Source: Eremomyces bilateralis CBS 781.70
Taxonomy: Eukaryota
Strand: one strand, 5' to 3'
Assembly: GCA_010015585.1 (NCBI GenBank)
Contig: ML975153.1
DNA: 64,000 nucleotides
Every line of letters starts with the position of its first letter. Position 1 is the stretch's first letter. A program made the position numbers and the translations under genes. Of this stretch, positions 11,378 to 25,091 are shown one piece after another. The notes under the pieces are model-generated. The model did not search any database and was not told where the DNA came from. It saw nothing but the letters and a program-made list of their open reading frames with translations.

Positions 11378-13585
11378 ATGGGGCTAGAAGATTTTGAGAA
11401 AGAGCTTGCCGAATCGCAAGCGAAGACTGAACGGCGAGATCGAGATCGCAGCCGCAGTCGAGATCGTCACGGCGAGAAATTAAAGGTACGGTCATTTCCG
11501 AGACCTCACAAACTATTGAAGATATATGTTATACGCGTTGGAATAATGAAACTGAGATCTATCTAGGAGGAAAAGAGAAAGCACAGTCGCCACCGCCATA
11601 AAGACCGCGAACGACACCGCCATCGATCACGCGGGCGCGACGATGACCGACGAGACCGAAATCGCGAGAAAAGGTCACGGCATGACAAAGATGACGAGGG
11701 ACGAGAGCCGAAACGGGATTCCAAACGTCGTCGAAAAGAGTCCAAGTCCCCATCCATTTCCTCGAACGATGCACCCCGGGAGCGCGATCCCGCCGTCCCT
11801 AGCGACAGGATTCTCGACAACGCGGTCGAGGAGTATCGCGATTCCGGAGTTAAGCGCGATGCATGGATGGAGGCACCGTCAGCGTTGGATGTAGACTACG
11901 TGAACCGGGCGAAGCCGCCAGCGGAGGAACCCCGGCGTGGGCACTCACTGCACGACGAATACAATCTCAAGATGCACAAGAACGAGCTGAATCGACATCT
12001 TGCCGATGTGAAAGGCAGCGAGGATGAAGGTGCCGTGGAGGACGAGTCAGCGCAACATGAGGTAGCCTACGAGTTCGGGGATGATGGTTCCGGATGGCGG
12101 ATGACGAAGCTGAGGGCCGTTTATCGCCAAGCGAAGGAGACGGGGAAGGCGGTTGAAGAGGTGGCGCTGGAGCGGTTTGGTGGGCTCCGGGAGTTTGACG
12201 ATGCTCGCGAGGAGGAGGTGGAATTGGACCGCCGCAAGATGTACGGGAAAGACTACGTTGGGAAGATCAAACCTAGCGGAGAGCTCTTCGAGGAGAGGAA
12301 GTTAAACATGGGCATCCACCGGCCAAGCTCCAGCCACAGTCGCCGTTCGAGCGAACTTCAAGAGGTTGAGGGGCTTCCTCAAGGGGAAATTATCCAGGAC
12401 AGCGGCCCGGTGCTAAGTCCGACCGAACTGAACAAGCTAAAAGCGCAGCTCATGAAGGCCAAGCTACGAGGCGGTCCTGAGGCCGCAAAGCTCGAGAAAG
12501 AGTACAACCGAGCATTCGAGGTATCCCAGCGCGAGCGTCCAAGTACAATCGTCATCGGCGGACGCGAATCTCGCCAACTGGCCGGAAGCCGCACCGAAGA
12601 AGTCAACGCCATCGACAGCAAACGCGGCCGGGAACGGGGCTTAGTCGAAGAGAACGAAGACATGTCAATCGAAGACATGGTCAAGGCCGAGCGACGCAGC
12701 AAAGGCGTCGGCTCGAGCAAGGACATGGCGGAGCGGATCGCGAAAGACGGCAAGTTCGACAACGACCTAGACTATATGGACGACAACGCGGCGAAGCTGG
12801 CGAAGCGGGTGGTGAAGAGCAACATGAACCTCAAGAACACCGCCGTGCACGAGCTGCAGAAGATGAGCCGCATCCTGGACGCCTGCCCGCTATGCCATCG
12901 CGAGGACACCCACACACCGCCCACCGCGCCCGTCGTGTCCCTCGCGACCCGCACCTTCCTCACGCTGCCCACCGAGCCCGAGATCGGCGACGGCGGCGCG
13001 GTCATCGTCCCCCTCGAGCATCGCCTCAACCTGATCGAGTGCGACGACGACGAGTGGGAGGAGATCCGCAATTTCATGAAGGCACTGACTCGAATGTACC
13101 ACGGCCAAGGGCGCGCGGTGCTGTTCTACGAGAACGCGGCGCACCGCGCGCGGAAGCGGCACGCGAGCCTGACCGCGGTGCCGATCCCATACGAGTTCGG
13201 GGAGACGGCGCCGGCGTTCTTCAAGGAGACGATGCTGGCGAGCGACGAGGAATGGGCGCAGCATCAGAAGGTGATCGATACGGGGAAGATGGCGGCCGAA
13301 GGGGCGGGGCGGTCGGCGTTTCGGCGGGCGATTGCGAAGGAGATGCCGTATTTCCATGTATGGTTCACGTTGGATGGGGGCCTGGGACATGTGGTGGAGG
13401 ATGAGAACCGGTGGCCGAAGGGGGATTTATTCGCGAGAGAGGTGATCGGTGGCATGCTAGACCTTGGTCCGGAGGTGATCAGGAGGCAAGGAAGGTGGGG
13501 GAAAGGGGATGGGAGGAGGGTGGAAGGGTTTAGGAAGAAGTGGAGGGAGTTTGACTGGACGAGGGTTTTGATTGAAGGGCAGTGA
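11378..13585 (+). CDS. CWF19: Spliceosome-associated Cwf19 / CWF19L2 (CwfJ C-terminal domains), intron ~11487-11566
   Basis: RS/RD-rich N-terminus, GDDGSGWRMTKL, CPLC, WEEIRNFMKAL, DEEWAQH and PYFHVWFTLDGGLGHVVED. Confidence 0.9.
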
Positions 13586-14118
13586 TGGAGATTAGTACAG
13601 ATATTAAGGCTGCTTCTAGAGACTATCTCATCATCATCGTGAATGATACCATTGTAAATGTCACTTCCACCCCGCTTTAACGTCGACAGCGCTCAAGAGC
13701 AACAAGAGTCCAAAAGAACATAAACGACGAGCTCAGAGACGTCGAAAACGATAATGACCAACAATAGGGGCATCTACGCATAAAAAGCACTGCACTTTGT
13801 CGGACGGAACCAATGCGATGAATTGCATGCCAAGTAGGACACACGCCAAGTTGGACACATCGTGATCGCTCATATACAAACGCGTTGTTTCCAAATTTGC
13901 CAATAAAAAAGAACAGGAGTGGGAAGGGCATACCACATGAATGGACGGGTCGTTCCAGTGCCTTCGCAAAAAAACGTGCAGAGAACCCAATGTCGACCGT
14001 TACCCCCGGCTGATTAAGGAATTCTCAACTGAAGGGAGAAAAAACCGCTCACGCTCCACGCTCTCCCCGCACTCAACGAAGACAACTCTTATGCACGCAC
14101 GCGCTGTATCCATCCCGC

Positions 14119-17100
14119 TCACAATCGCAACGCGTTCAATATCTCCTGCGCCAGATTCTTATACTGCATGATGTTCCCGTCCACCTTCTTGAACTGAATC
14201 CCGTAGAGCTGAAACAACGGCACCTTCACAACGAAGATCTCAAACCGCAGCGCCATCGCCCCCCGCCCCACGTCGTTCTGCACATGCGTCGTCGTCTCCC
14301 CCGCCGCCCGCTCACGCGGCTCCCGCCGCTTCCCTCCCCGTTCCCGCTCGCGCGCCGCCGCCCCCTCGGAGCCGTCTGAGTCGTCCGACCCCGTGAACGA
14401 TCGGTCGGTCACGTCACGCCGGGAGCCCGGGTTGCGGGGTGAGCGCTGCGGCTCGGCCGGGCGTTGGGTGTCGCGGAACTCGTCGCGGTCGCGATCGCGG
14501 TCGTTGCCGCGGAGGCCGCCGAAGCTGATTTTCCGGCGGTGGCCGGAGGGAGTGGGGGCGGCCAGGGAGGGGCTGCCTTCTTGTGAAGGGAGGGGGTCGA
14601 TGCTGGGCAAGTGCGTGCAGTTGAATCCGCCCTTGATTTCATTGTAGACGACGCCTTTTTGCTTCAGCACGCGGATGATGTCCGAGCGGATGACGGGGAG
14701 GGGTTTGCTGCTGGTCGTGCTTGCGCTAAACAGCCCTTTCAGGTAGACGGGCTTGAGGCTCTCGCCCGTCTGGCCGGAACGCGCGTCGGCCTCCGCCTCA
14801 ATCTCCGCGTCGGTCTCCTCGCGGAGATTATCTTCACGTGCCTGTTCCCGCTGAGCACGCCTGGCCTGAATGCTCTCGCGTCGTGCGTGGCCTAGTGATT
14901 TGGTTCGCGAAGTGGTTGCGGTGCGGGGACGTGCTGCGGGCTGCTGGTCGTCCGAGGCGGCATCTCCGGCTTTGAGACGGTTGTCAAGGCTGGACCGGTC
15001 CGACCCGCTAGTGGCAGGAGGTTCGGTGGTGTTGTCGTCAGAAGCTCCATGACGCCCTATCCGCCGTCTAATCTCTGCGGAGTTAACACTAGTCGACCGT
15101 CCAAGGCCTTTCAATCTTCGAGAGAAATCACCGCCAGCACTAGCAGGTGAAAGGAATTCGGGTTGCTGGTGCTGGGTCGTTCCTTGGAACGACGTGGCTG
15201 ATGCCGGAGCATCTAGCTTTCGATTCCTCCGGACACTGAAACTCTTCCTAGGAGTGCTCGGCTGCTCCGTGCTCGGCGGCTCACCAGGACTCGGGGCCAC
15301 CGACACAGACGGAGGGGGATTGGTGACTTTCTCCTTCTCGAGATCTTTTTCCCTGTCCCTGTCCCGATCTCGATGTCGTCGAGTGCTCAGCCGCCGCAAG
15401 ATCGCACCGGCCGTGCTCTCCTTCCGAGTAGGTTCGATAGGAGGTGTGACCAACGCGGGGGATACTGGTACATTCGCTGCACCGAGGTTCATGTTCTTCA
15501 CGCCCTCTTGAACTTCATCTTCTCCCTGGGTTCTAGCTCTTGGCCTTGATCGACCGCCAGTCGGCTTTTCTCCTTTCAGTTCATAGGTAGCTTGATTCGT
15601 GTACGCAGCTTCGGGTGCTTGAAGTTGTGGCATATCAAACGGCCCCTCACCTTCGGTCTTCGGCAAACCGAACGCGCCGGGATTCTTCTCCGTGCGCTCG
15701 CGGTCTTGCTTCTCGCGAACCAGGTAATAAATGGAAATGAGCGGGCTAAACGCATTGACTGGGTCGGCTCCCAGTTGGACTTCTTCTTTCGAGGGGTTGG
15801 TAAGGGTGTCACGACTAAGCGAATTGCGACGCTTGTAGAAATCAAACACCCCACGCTTACGTTCTGTCTCGGGAGTCTGCACCGGCTGTTTCCGGCTCAT
15901 GTTTCGAATGGCTGCCTGGTATTCCTCGGATTCGATAACTTTCGTGAGTTGGTTGGTGATAAATTCGGGTGGTCCAAAGTCGAAGCCAACCATCCCATCG
16001 ATCACCTCGGCATCCAAGGGTAGGCTCAGAGGCTCACGGTGAGGCAGGAAGTTATCGGGAGCGGAGTTGAAGCCTTTCGTCATCCAAGGATGGTTGATGA
16101 TCTCGGTTAACGTCGCGCGTTGTCGGGGGTCGGTGACGAGCATCCTGGAAATCAGATGCTTGCACTCTGGACGCTGAATGTCAGACATACGGGCCGTGTA
16201 AGTCGTGGGACCCAAACTTACCGGTCGATAACCATGGTGGATAATCGACGTATCCTTTTTTGATCTTGGCATGCAGCTGCGGCATGCTTTGGTCATCGAA
16301 CGGTACCTTCCCGCAAACGAGGACGTAAAGAACAATTCCAAAACTCCAGATGTCCACCTCGGGGCCGGTATACTGTCGGGCTTGAAGCAGCTCCGGTGCT
16401 GCGAAGTACAAGCTGCCACAGAATGTTTTCAGGTAATTTTGTGGCGCGAAGAGGTTCGACAATCCAAAATCAATGATCTTGATATCGCCCGTCTTGCTGA
16501 TCAGGATATTCTCGATCTTGAGGTCTCGGTGGACGATGCTATTTCGGTGACAATAGTCCAGAGCACTCGCAATCTGCCTTGCGAACTTCCGGGCCGGTTT
16601 CTCCTTCAACCGTCCATGAGAGATGATGTAATCTAGCATCTGTCCGCCATTGACATATTCGAAGAGCATATACCAATGGTAGTTGGTCCGAACAAAGTCT
16701 CGCATCCCACAGATATACGGGTGGCTGACCAGGCTGACGATCGCTGCCTCTCGTGCGGTTCGGACTTCTTTAGAGTGGTCTGCTCTTTCCTTTTCTTGGG
16801 GAGTTCGGTGATCATCGGTCGAGTGACGTGGAACTATCTTAACCGCAACCTATATACAATTAGAGGTGTGCCATATATCGATCCGATATAGGTATATACC
16901 TGTTCTCCCGTCTCCAGATGCTTCGCCAACTTGACCTTGCCCATACTCCCGGCGCCAATGGTCTTCCCGAGTGCCCATTGGCCGCTCGGGGTACCGATGG
17001 TGGTCCTCCGCCGTGTTCCACCAGTTTTATGCGAAGATCCAGGGTTATCCATGGCGATACCGTTGGTCGGCGGTTGTTGGGTATGGGATGGGACGTCGGA

Positions 17101-17469
17101 AGTCCTCCGAGTGTGCTGATGAGGATTTCTCGTCGGTTCGGCTCGATGCGACGTCGATGATGCATGCGAGCGATCCCGGTCCCGAGATTCGCTTCGGCGC
17201 GAGGAGGAAGAACGGGCTAGATTAGTCTGCTCCGCGTCCCGACGCGTATCGTATGCGACAGGTGGACCGGGACGGCCATGACCATGCGATTGAGACTGGG
17301 AGCGATGCGGTGTCGAAGAATGGTGCGAAACAGAAGGACGGACGGCAGTGGAGTGGGAACGGTGGGGTCGATCGGGAGGATTTGTGGTGGTATAAGATGC
17401 CTGTTGTTGACGGCGAGAGGTTGAGCTGCTTCTCGTGACAGTGGGGGAGGCTGGGGTGGCAGCCGACAT
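14119..17469 (-). CDS. KIN1: Kin1/PAR-1/MARK family Ser/Thr kinase with C-terminal KA1 domain
   Basis: [30 protein letters not shown] and [13 protein letters not shown]-terminal [23 protein letters not shown]1 region. Confidence 0.93.
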
Positions 17470-18667
17470 GACGGGATTCACAAGACGAACAGGAGTTGTG
17501 TCTCGTTAGTTGTCAGGATCCCAGGAGCCAGAACTCGTGACCGCCGAGGAAACCAGGAAAAGGAGCGAAAGCCGAAAGGCAACCAAAGCGTCCGTGAGTC
17601 CGAAGTCTCTCAAAGCAGGCAAAGGCCAAAGCACTTCCAAGTTCGAACTTGAAGCGTACTGCGGAGCTGCGTAGGTGAAATTAGGGACAAGCTAGTGAGG
17701 ATTGACCGATTGAGGAGGCGTTCTGCAGTCGAGTCCCAGCGAGTGGCGAGGATGTGTTGGACAGACCGCCTTGGGCGGCGGACGCCAGTTGGTGGGTTGG
17801 CGTTTCGGTGCTATCAGTGCGGGAAGACCCCAATGGCAAGGTGGATGCTGGTCGTCATGACATGGGAACGCTCCAGGGTGGTGGGACGACAGACCGTAAC
17901 CAGGTTATCGAGGAGATTAGTACACAAGGAACGAACCGGAGAAGGTAAGGTGAAATCCCGCAGTCATGAAAGAGGATATGCAAAGGAATGGGGTCTAGGG
18001 ATGGGGAAAACAAGGTGAAAAGGTCGGATGAGAGAGACGAGGGGGGGAGCGGAGCAGGGGGAGGAGGTGAGGACTGTGGAAACTGAAGCAGGGGAGTATT
18101 GACGATATCGGGGAATGGGAGAATTATTGTAATCTCCGCCAGAGAGTTCAGAGTTGTATGTGTGAAGTGACTGTGAAGGGGGAACAGTTCACTCACTTCA
18201 TTTCACTCTGAACTGTGATCAGATGTGTCATGTGTGATCTGATGTGTGTGATGACTTGTGTGTGTTGATGTCTGGTGAGAGAAGGGAGTCCTGCCTTGTT
18301 GCCTTGGGTTGGTGCCTGATGAATCTCCACCTGCACCGTCCTCCACTCCTGCTCCAGTCCTGCTTATCATCAGCCACATCTGGTCCTGTGCACCGCCACA
18401 GCATATCCAGGCACCTCAGGCACGCCAGGTCGCCAGGTCCACAGCCCACAGGGCATATCCAGGTCCGCTGTCCGCATCCACCAGTGGCACATTGACGGTT
18501 GACAACTGACAAGGACAGGACATTCCAATCTCCATCCTCTGATCCTCATGTCGAATTGAGTCGATTCATTCCCCTTGGCCGCCGTTATATCTTCGTCGCA
18601 TCTATCCTAGCCTAGTCATGGATGTACTCCGTCGATTTTCCCTCCGAGGACCACCATAATAGACACC

Positions 18668-20828
18668 ATGTCATTCAAGAGATCCAGAGAAGCGTTCGAG
18701 AATGACTCCGCTCCATATGTCATCTACGGGACGGCGCTTCCACAGTACGACCCAGAATCCCGCGACGATGGCTCCTATGTCCCTCTCTGGAAACAGGAGG
18801 TGCGCGACGAGAGGGGCCGGAAACGCCTTCATGGCGCATTTACCGGAGGTTTCAGTGCTGGGTAGGTTCCCAATCCAGAACATATCCCCCTATTCCTCTG
18901 CTAACCCGACGGTCAGATACTTCAATACGGTAGGCTCCAAGGAAGGATGGACTCCATCAACCTTCGTCTCCTCCCGCACCAACCGCGCCGCAAAACAACC
19001 CGTCCCGCAGCGCGCCGAAGATTTCATGGACGAGGAGGACCTGGCCGAAGCGGCCGAAGCGGAGAAGCTGATGACGGCCGAGAACTTCGCGGGGCTGGGG
19101 CTGACGGAAGAGGATGCCGGGAGGAAAGGGAAGAGTATTTTCACGGACTCCATCACGAGCAGCGGTGCGAGTATGGGCGTGAAGTTGCTCCAGAAAATGG
19201 GTTGGCGGTTGGGACAGGGACTTGGGCCACGGGTGCGGCGGAAAGCTCGAATGGACGATGAAGGGCGCGGCCAGACCAAAAACGGGGACGAGGAAACGCA
19301 CCTATTCGCTCCCGAGAACTCGAAAGTGATTACCTACCACAAGAAGTCCGACACAAAGGGGTTGGGATATAGCGGAGAAGCGAGGCGGCTTGATGAAACC
19401 TCGAAAGAGGATGAGAATGTCGAAGAGGACAACGAGGATCGCATTTTCCAATCCCGGAAATCAAAGATCACCCTAGGCAAGCCTTCGGCGAAAAAGTCAA
19501 GCTTTGGAGTCGGTGTTCTCAACGACACCGGCTCGGACGACGAAGATCCGTATGCCATCGGCCCTAAGATATCCTACAACCGGACCATCGGAGGCAGTAA
19601 GAAATCGAAGAAGGCCGAGAAAGTGAAAACCTCATCCACCACCGCCAACCCACTCCTCCGCGCCAAACCCGTCTTCCTCTCCAAGAAGATCCAAGACCGT
19701 ACCGCAGGCTTCCACAAATGCCATGATGGCCGACTCCCTCTCAAAGGCTTCATCCTCGCCACCCAACCATACGTGCAAGGTCAAACCTTCCCGCCACCAA
19801 AAGTCCCCGACGGCTGGACATCCTCGCGCGAGGGGGGTGACCAACCTTCCCAACCCGATCCGGAGACCTACCAATCGCTCCGCGACGTCGCCAAGGCCTC
19901 CACGCTCGACCCCCGCGCTCGCGCCGCCCTCCTCGGCGAGGCCGCCCTCCCAGGGAAATCGATCTTCGACTACATCTCCCCGGCCGCCCGCGCACGCCTC
20001 GCCGCGGCGTCCGGACGCGGCGACCTCCCCCTTGCAAAAGGTGAGGCGCCGCCGCCGGAGCATCGGAAGAGCGAGGCGGACAAGCGGAAAGATCTGCGGG
20101 ATGTGATCCCGGAATTGGATAGGGAGAGTGCGGTGGGGGCGCTGAGGAGGGGGGGGAGTGGGTGGATGCCGTACGCGGACGACGAGGCGAAGCGGGGGAG
20201 ATATAGGGCGTTTCTGGAGTTGTCGGCGGGGATAACGGAGACGATCCCGGAGAAGGCGGCGGGGGTGTCGAGGGATGACTATCTGAGGGAGATGCATGAA
20301 TTTCTTCGTGCCGCGCGCGTGTTCAAGCCAATGACGGGCATGATGGCGTCGAAGTTCACCTCCTCGTCACGCGCGTTCGAAGGGTCCAACGATTCAGGGG
20401 ACGACTCCGTGTTGCGGAAGCCGGAAGCGAAGCCGAGTGATCCCGCCGAGGAGGCCGCGAAGCTCGGAATGTTTGGGCCAATGACGAGAAGTGTACAGCA
20501 GTTCTATCCGACGCGGCTACTGTGCAAGCGGTTTGGCGTCCGACCGCCCGACCATGCGCAACAAGACCAAGAAGCCGGGCAGGAGGGCCCGATGTCCGAT
20601 TTCGTGCCAAACCAGCCCCTAGACGTCGTTTCCAAAGCGACTATGCAGGAGATGATGCGCGAGTCGGCGGCGAATCGAACCGGTGGTAACGCAGAGCAAG
20701 GCGTGGTGGATATTCCGGCCCCTGTGGTGGTCAATGTGGAGAGGAACGAAGCGCTAGAAGGAGATCGTCCGGGAGATGCAGTCTTCCGAGCCATATTCGG
20801 TGATGATGACGACGAAGACGAAGAATGA
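18668..20828 (+). CDS. G-patch domain protein, GPATCH1/DUF1604 family (intron ~18863-18916)
   Basis: QEVRDERGRKRLHGAFTGGFSAG/YFNTVGSKEGWTPSTFVSSR, the G-patch MGVKLLQKMGWRLGQGLG, and YPTRLLCKRF. Confidence 0.88.
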
Positions 20829-20884
20829 AATAACTTGCATTAAAGTCTGATCCTGTCCACATTCTCATCATCGTAAACTTGCCG

Positions 20885-21946
20885 CTACATGATCGGCGGT
20901 ATATCCCTCGCGACGTCCTCGCTTTCCAAAGGCACCATCGCAAGCCTCTCCGCCCAATCCCTCCGTCCAGTTTCCTTGATCAACTCCTTCGCCATGTCCC
21001 CCCTTCGCTCATAGTACTCCCTTCCCACCACACGCATCACCTTCCCCTTGATCACCAAATCCCCTGTCATCGCATTCCCCGCTTGAACCAAGAACGTCTC
21101 CAACACGAGCATCCCGACGAAGATTCCTTTACCCACAGGACTGATCATCCCTGACAGCACGATCGCCCCATACACCAACAAGAGCACCACGGCCATGAGC
21201 GCTTCCTCCACGAAACTCATCGCCCGAAGCCATGTCCCCGACGTCACCGCCTTCACATCATCCACCCACCCCCTGATCCGCACAAACCGATCCTGACTCA
21301 ACAGCACCAGCAAATCACTCCGCTTCCCCGGTTCCGCCGCCCCGTGCCAGCCCCGCCGACTCCGCGCTCGCAGCACCAACATATCCACCGTCCGCGCAAC
21401 AACCAACATCCCCAGCACCACCACCCCCCACCCGTCCCCCAGCTGCACAAACCCCGCAAACGCCCCCCCGGTGACCCCGATCGCCGCGCAATACGCCGCA
21501 TTCCCCACCACCGCTCCTCCTTTCTCCCCCGCCCTCCTCCCATCCACCTCCACCGTCGTCAACCACCCCGTGCGCCCCACGCGCTGCAGGAACGCGACGG
21601 TGGCGGGGTTCTCGATGCGGAACACGTAGCCGGTCGTCATGGCGGCGGTGGCGGGGTATTCGCCGGCGTGGAGGGAGGCGGCGGTGGAGTGGGGTTGGTA
21701 GAGGCCCGGGCAGAGGAGGAGGGGAGAGAGGAAGGGGGGTGGGGAGCGGAGGGAGAGGAGGCGGGGGAGGTAGGGGAGCGGGGGGAGGAGGAGGAGGCCG
21801 AGGGGGAGGGACTAGGATGGGTTAGTTCTGATGGCGAGGAGGGGAGGTGGTGAGTTTCTGAGGGGAAGGGGAGGGTAAGCGCATTGGGGACGGAACGCAA
21901 CCCTGTATGGGTAATACTGTACCGAGAAGTCTAGATCTATTGTCAT
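20885..21946 (-). CDS. Fungal hypothetical multi-pass membrane protein; 5' exon structure uncertain
   Basis: 251-aa ORF with about four hydrophobic segments and GEYPATAAMTTGYVFRIENPATV, DLLVLLSQDR. The frame stays open upstream to a CTAAC..TAG acceptor near 21812. Confidence 0.65.
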
Positions 21947-24900
21947 TCTAGGAGCTGTAATCATGCCGGCTTCGAGATTTGTCTGGGTGTCTGGAACAGG
22001 AGCTATACTACTTCTGGGTTTCACTTGCGGGTCATTACATCGTCAGATTCATGGTCCAGATCCGCTGCCAGTATTGAGGAGATGCGCTGGCAGCCTCGCA
22101 AGACTCGCGGTCGGATTCATCCGATGCATATCACGAATTCAAACGACACCGCAGCCTGCAAGGCGGTACCGGCCACACAGTTCACAATGCTGCCACTTCC
22201 CTTGCTGCATTTTAATTCCTAATTAGCTAGACAGGGCTAGAATACACACGGTACATGTATACCACATTAGGGGCAATGGTCGGATTGTCTACCCGGATGT
22301 TAGCACTTCCCCCATGGAGTGAATAGAAGGTTCCTAATAGACTATTGAACAACATCGAGTTCCAGTCAGTACAGATAAAGTCGTAGGTGGACTGATGTAG
22401 TCACGACTTGTTTCGGATGCGAATCAAGGGTTTGAACCTAATCCCTAGGACGATCCCAATGCATACTGTGCAGGCAGTTACCTACTTGGCACAGCGCAGT
22501 TTGACTTCTAATCCAGTCAATAAGGAGCCAATTCTCGTCGCATATATCGTGGCTCGTCCCAGGTTGATTGACGATGAACAATAACTTAAATTAGAAGCAC
22601 ACGTTTCCCCGGACTCCACGAGTCCACATCTTCAGGTTTCCGGGCCGGGCATAACTCACATATTGCGCCCTAGGGGCTGGCGCGTTTGAAAAACTGGAAG
22701 GCGGTCACGCCAGACTATAGGCAATATATACTCCGTAATTCAATGAATTATGCACGGAAGCCGTCACCGCATCATGGAATGCAATGCTCGGGCCTCGGGG
22801 TCATTTAGTACGTACAAACCTTCCCTTATGTCAGACGGCAGTGACTGAAGTCTAAATCTAGACGTTTGAAGTGTGAATCCGTCCCTCGTTCAGGCCGTCA
22901 AGGTGGATTCCGTTCCTATTGGGGAATCCTAGCTCAGCTAATGGAATGCGGCCTACCGTCAGATGAAGTATGAGGAAAGCGCAAGGATCGAGTTCTCGTC
23001 TTCTCGACGCTTCCATAATCCATACCGTTAACCGTAAACATGGGTGGAGGCTGAGGTGACGAGTTACGACATCGGCCGTGCAACTCGAGAACTCAATGAG
23101 TGACTGCATGTGGTGGCTCTCTTCGAGTACGCCACGATAATTGCCGCCCGAAACCGGTCCCAAAGGGACGCTTTTGGTTACCCCATCGCCTCGGTCGAGC
23201 TAGAAATTCCATCGTGACCGGAATACTGCAGGATGGAGTGACAGAAGACGTGACAGAAGGATCGAAGGGGTTTGGTTTCGGCGTGCTAAAGCGTCAGTCC
23301 GCTCCGAAAGTCCGTATTAATATTGTTAACTTCGGAAGAATTCTCTCATGAACGGCGTCGGGTAATCGGCATGAAGCCAATCCGATCGATGGAATCAAAC
23401 TCAGTCAATATTGGTGGCAAGGGAAATATTAAAGCCGCTATCACATTCTTGTCATCGTTGATTCGTCTCATCGCAATCCGAAAGTCTTGAGCCTGCCAGC
23501 CTGGCACCTCTGGTGGTCAAATGTGGTGTGCTTGGTTGTGCTCATCAGGCGCACAGCCCATGATGATCAGTCGGAAGTTTTCTTGAGCCCCCAGTCCATG
23601 CCACCAACCCGAAGCAAGGTTCGTATTTCGATGACTGATCTGAATTCTGATGAATTCTACTATGATCGTGGTCCTCGGATACACCGTGCCTAGGACCTAA
23701 TTCTCTCTCCCGAAGCCTCAAGGTCTTACTGTACCGACTAAGACCGAGTACTTACGCTGGTAGCCTAATGTGCGAGTACTGCGAGGTACACAGGGTGTAT
23801 TGTGCAATGCCATGGGAAGGAAGGAAAACAATGATAATTAACTCCATCTGTTGTCCAGTTGACCGAAAATTACGAAGGTATTATTAATTAAAGGGCTATA
23901 CTACTACCATAAACCCTCAAGGATGTTCCCGAGAGGTTGATCTGTCGTTGATGAGACGATCCGGATCTTGTCTTCATTGGGAAGCCAAGTCAGGATTCAG
24001 GAACAACAAGTCCAATCCCATCCCCAACAGCTGTGAACTCCTTGCCGGACAACGAAGGAGGCGTCGTCTGCTTCCTCACTTGATAGAATAGATGCGCCTG
24101 AAGCCCTGCACAGAACGGCTATCCTTGGAAACGGGGGGCGCCGCCACTGCCGGAATGGCGGGGTCGTGAAAATGAGCGAATGTAACAGAAACCCAGGTTG
24201 GAGATAACTTGCCAGGCTCCCCAGTCGACTCATCACCTCAAGGCTCAAATGCCAAGGCGAGAACCTCCAGCAATTCAAGTTTTGGCATCGTTTAAGTATG
24301 CGATTCACGATGATCAACCAATTGGAGCGGATCAATATGGCTGGGCAGGGAGCGTTTCGCTCTGGGCAACCGGCAGCATCTCCATGCGCCATCGAAAAGC
24401 TTTCTCTTCCATGTCCTGGACTCCCTGACGTCCCAGTTCTCAAACTTTCAATCCACGACTCTGTACTGGACAGCTGTGGCCCGGCGTACCACAGGGTGTT
24501 TCACAAACGCACGCCCCTTCGCTGGTCACTCGACCGCAATAGGGCCACGTTCTGCTTGACACTGTAGCCGATCGTTTTCCTGCGGCGCTCTTTCTGGCGT
24601 AAATACGGACGAAACTGGTGTATGTTGTGTTCTAAGTACCTTCTCGTTGGGACTCTGCGTAACCGACGAGAAGCTGGCACGACCTCCTTGACGCGGTAAT
24701 AGGGAGGTCGATGGCAAATGGCAATAACGATACCGTATCCCTTCCCTATTGTGGCATCCACTGTTTTCCACTTCAACCATGCGGCTGTCCCTTGGCCCAA
24801 CCCTTCCCCCAGTCCCTCGCATCACGACCGAAAGAAGGAGCGCCAGTTGCGTGATGGAGTGGGAAGTGGGAAGTGACTTGATGCCTGATGATGTGACGTC

Positions 24901-25066
24901 CGCCAGAGTCGCTCACGCCAGTGGATGGTCCGGGAGCGAAATTTTCCAAAGTTTGAACGAGATTGATTGACTGATGGCTGAAACTTTGCAAAAGCCTGGA
25001 CCGGATCATGGAAGCATGGAATCATCCCTAGACGCCAATGCGGAGGCTAACGATTTAACGAAACCC

Positions 25067-25091
25067 AAATGGCAAATGGCAAATGGCAAAT
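25067..25091 (+). repeat. Short tandem repeat (AAATGGC)x3.5
   Basis: aaatggcaaatggcaaatggcaaat read directly. Confidence 0.8.

Noticed and set aside
11378..20828. Two spliceosome-related genes (CWF19, GPATCH1-like) close together
   Set aside because: They are separated by KIN1 and share no promoter, so this is insufficient to claim a cluster.
21637..21900. Pro/Ser-rich ORF and G-rich purine tract
   Set aside because: It is an alternative frame and intron of the membrane-protein gene, caused by C-rich codon bias.
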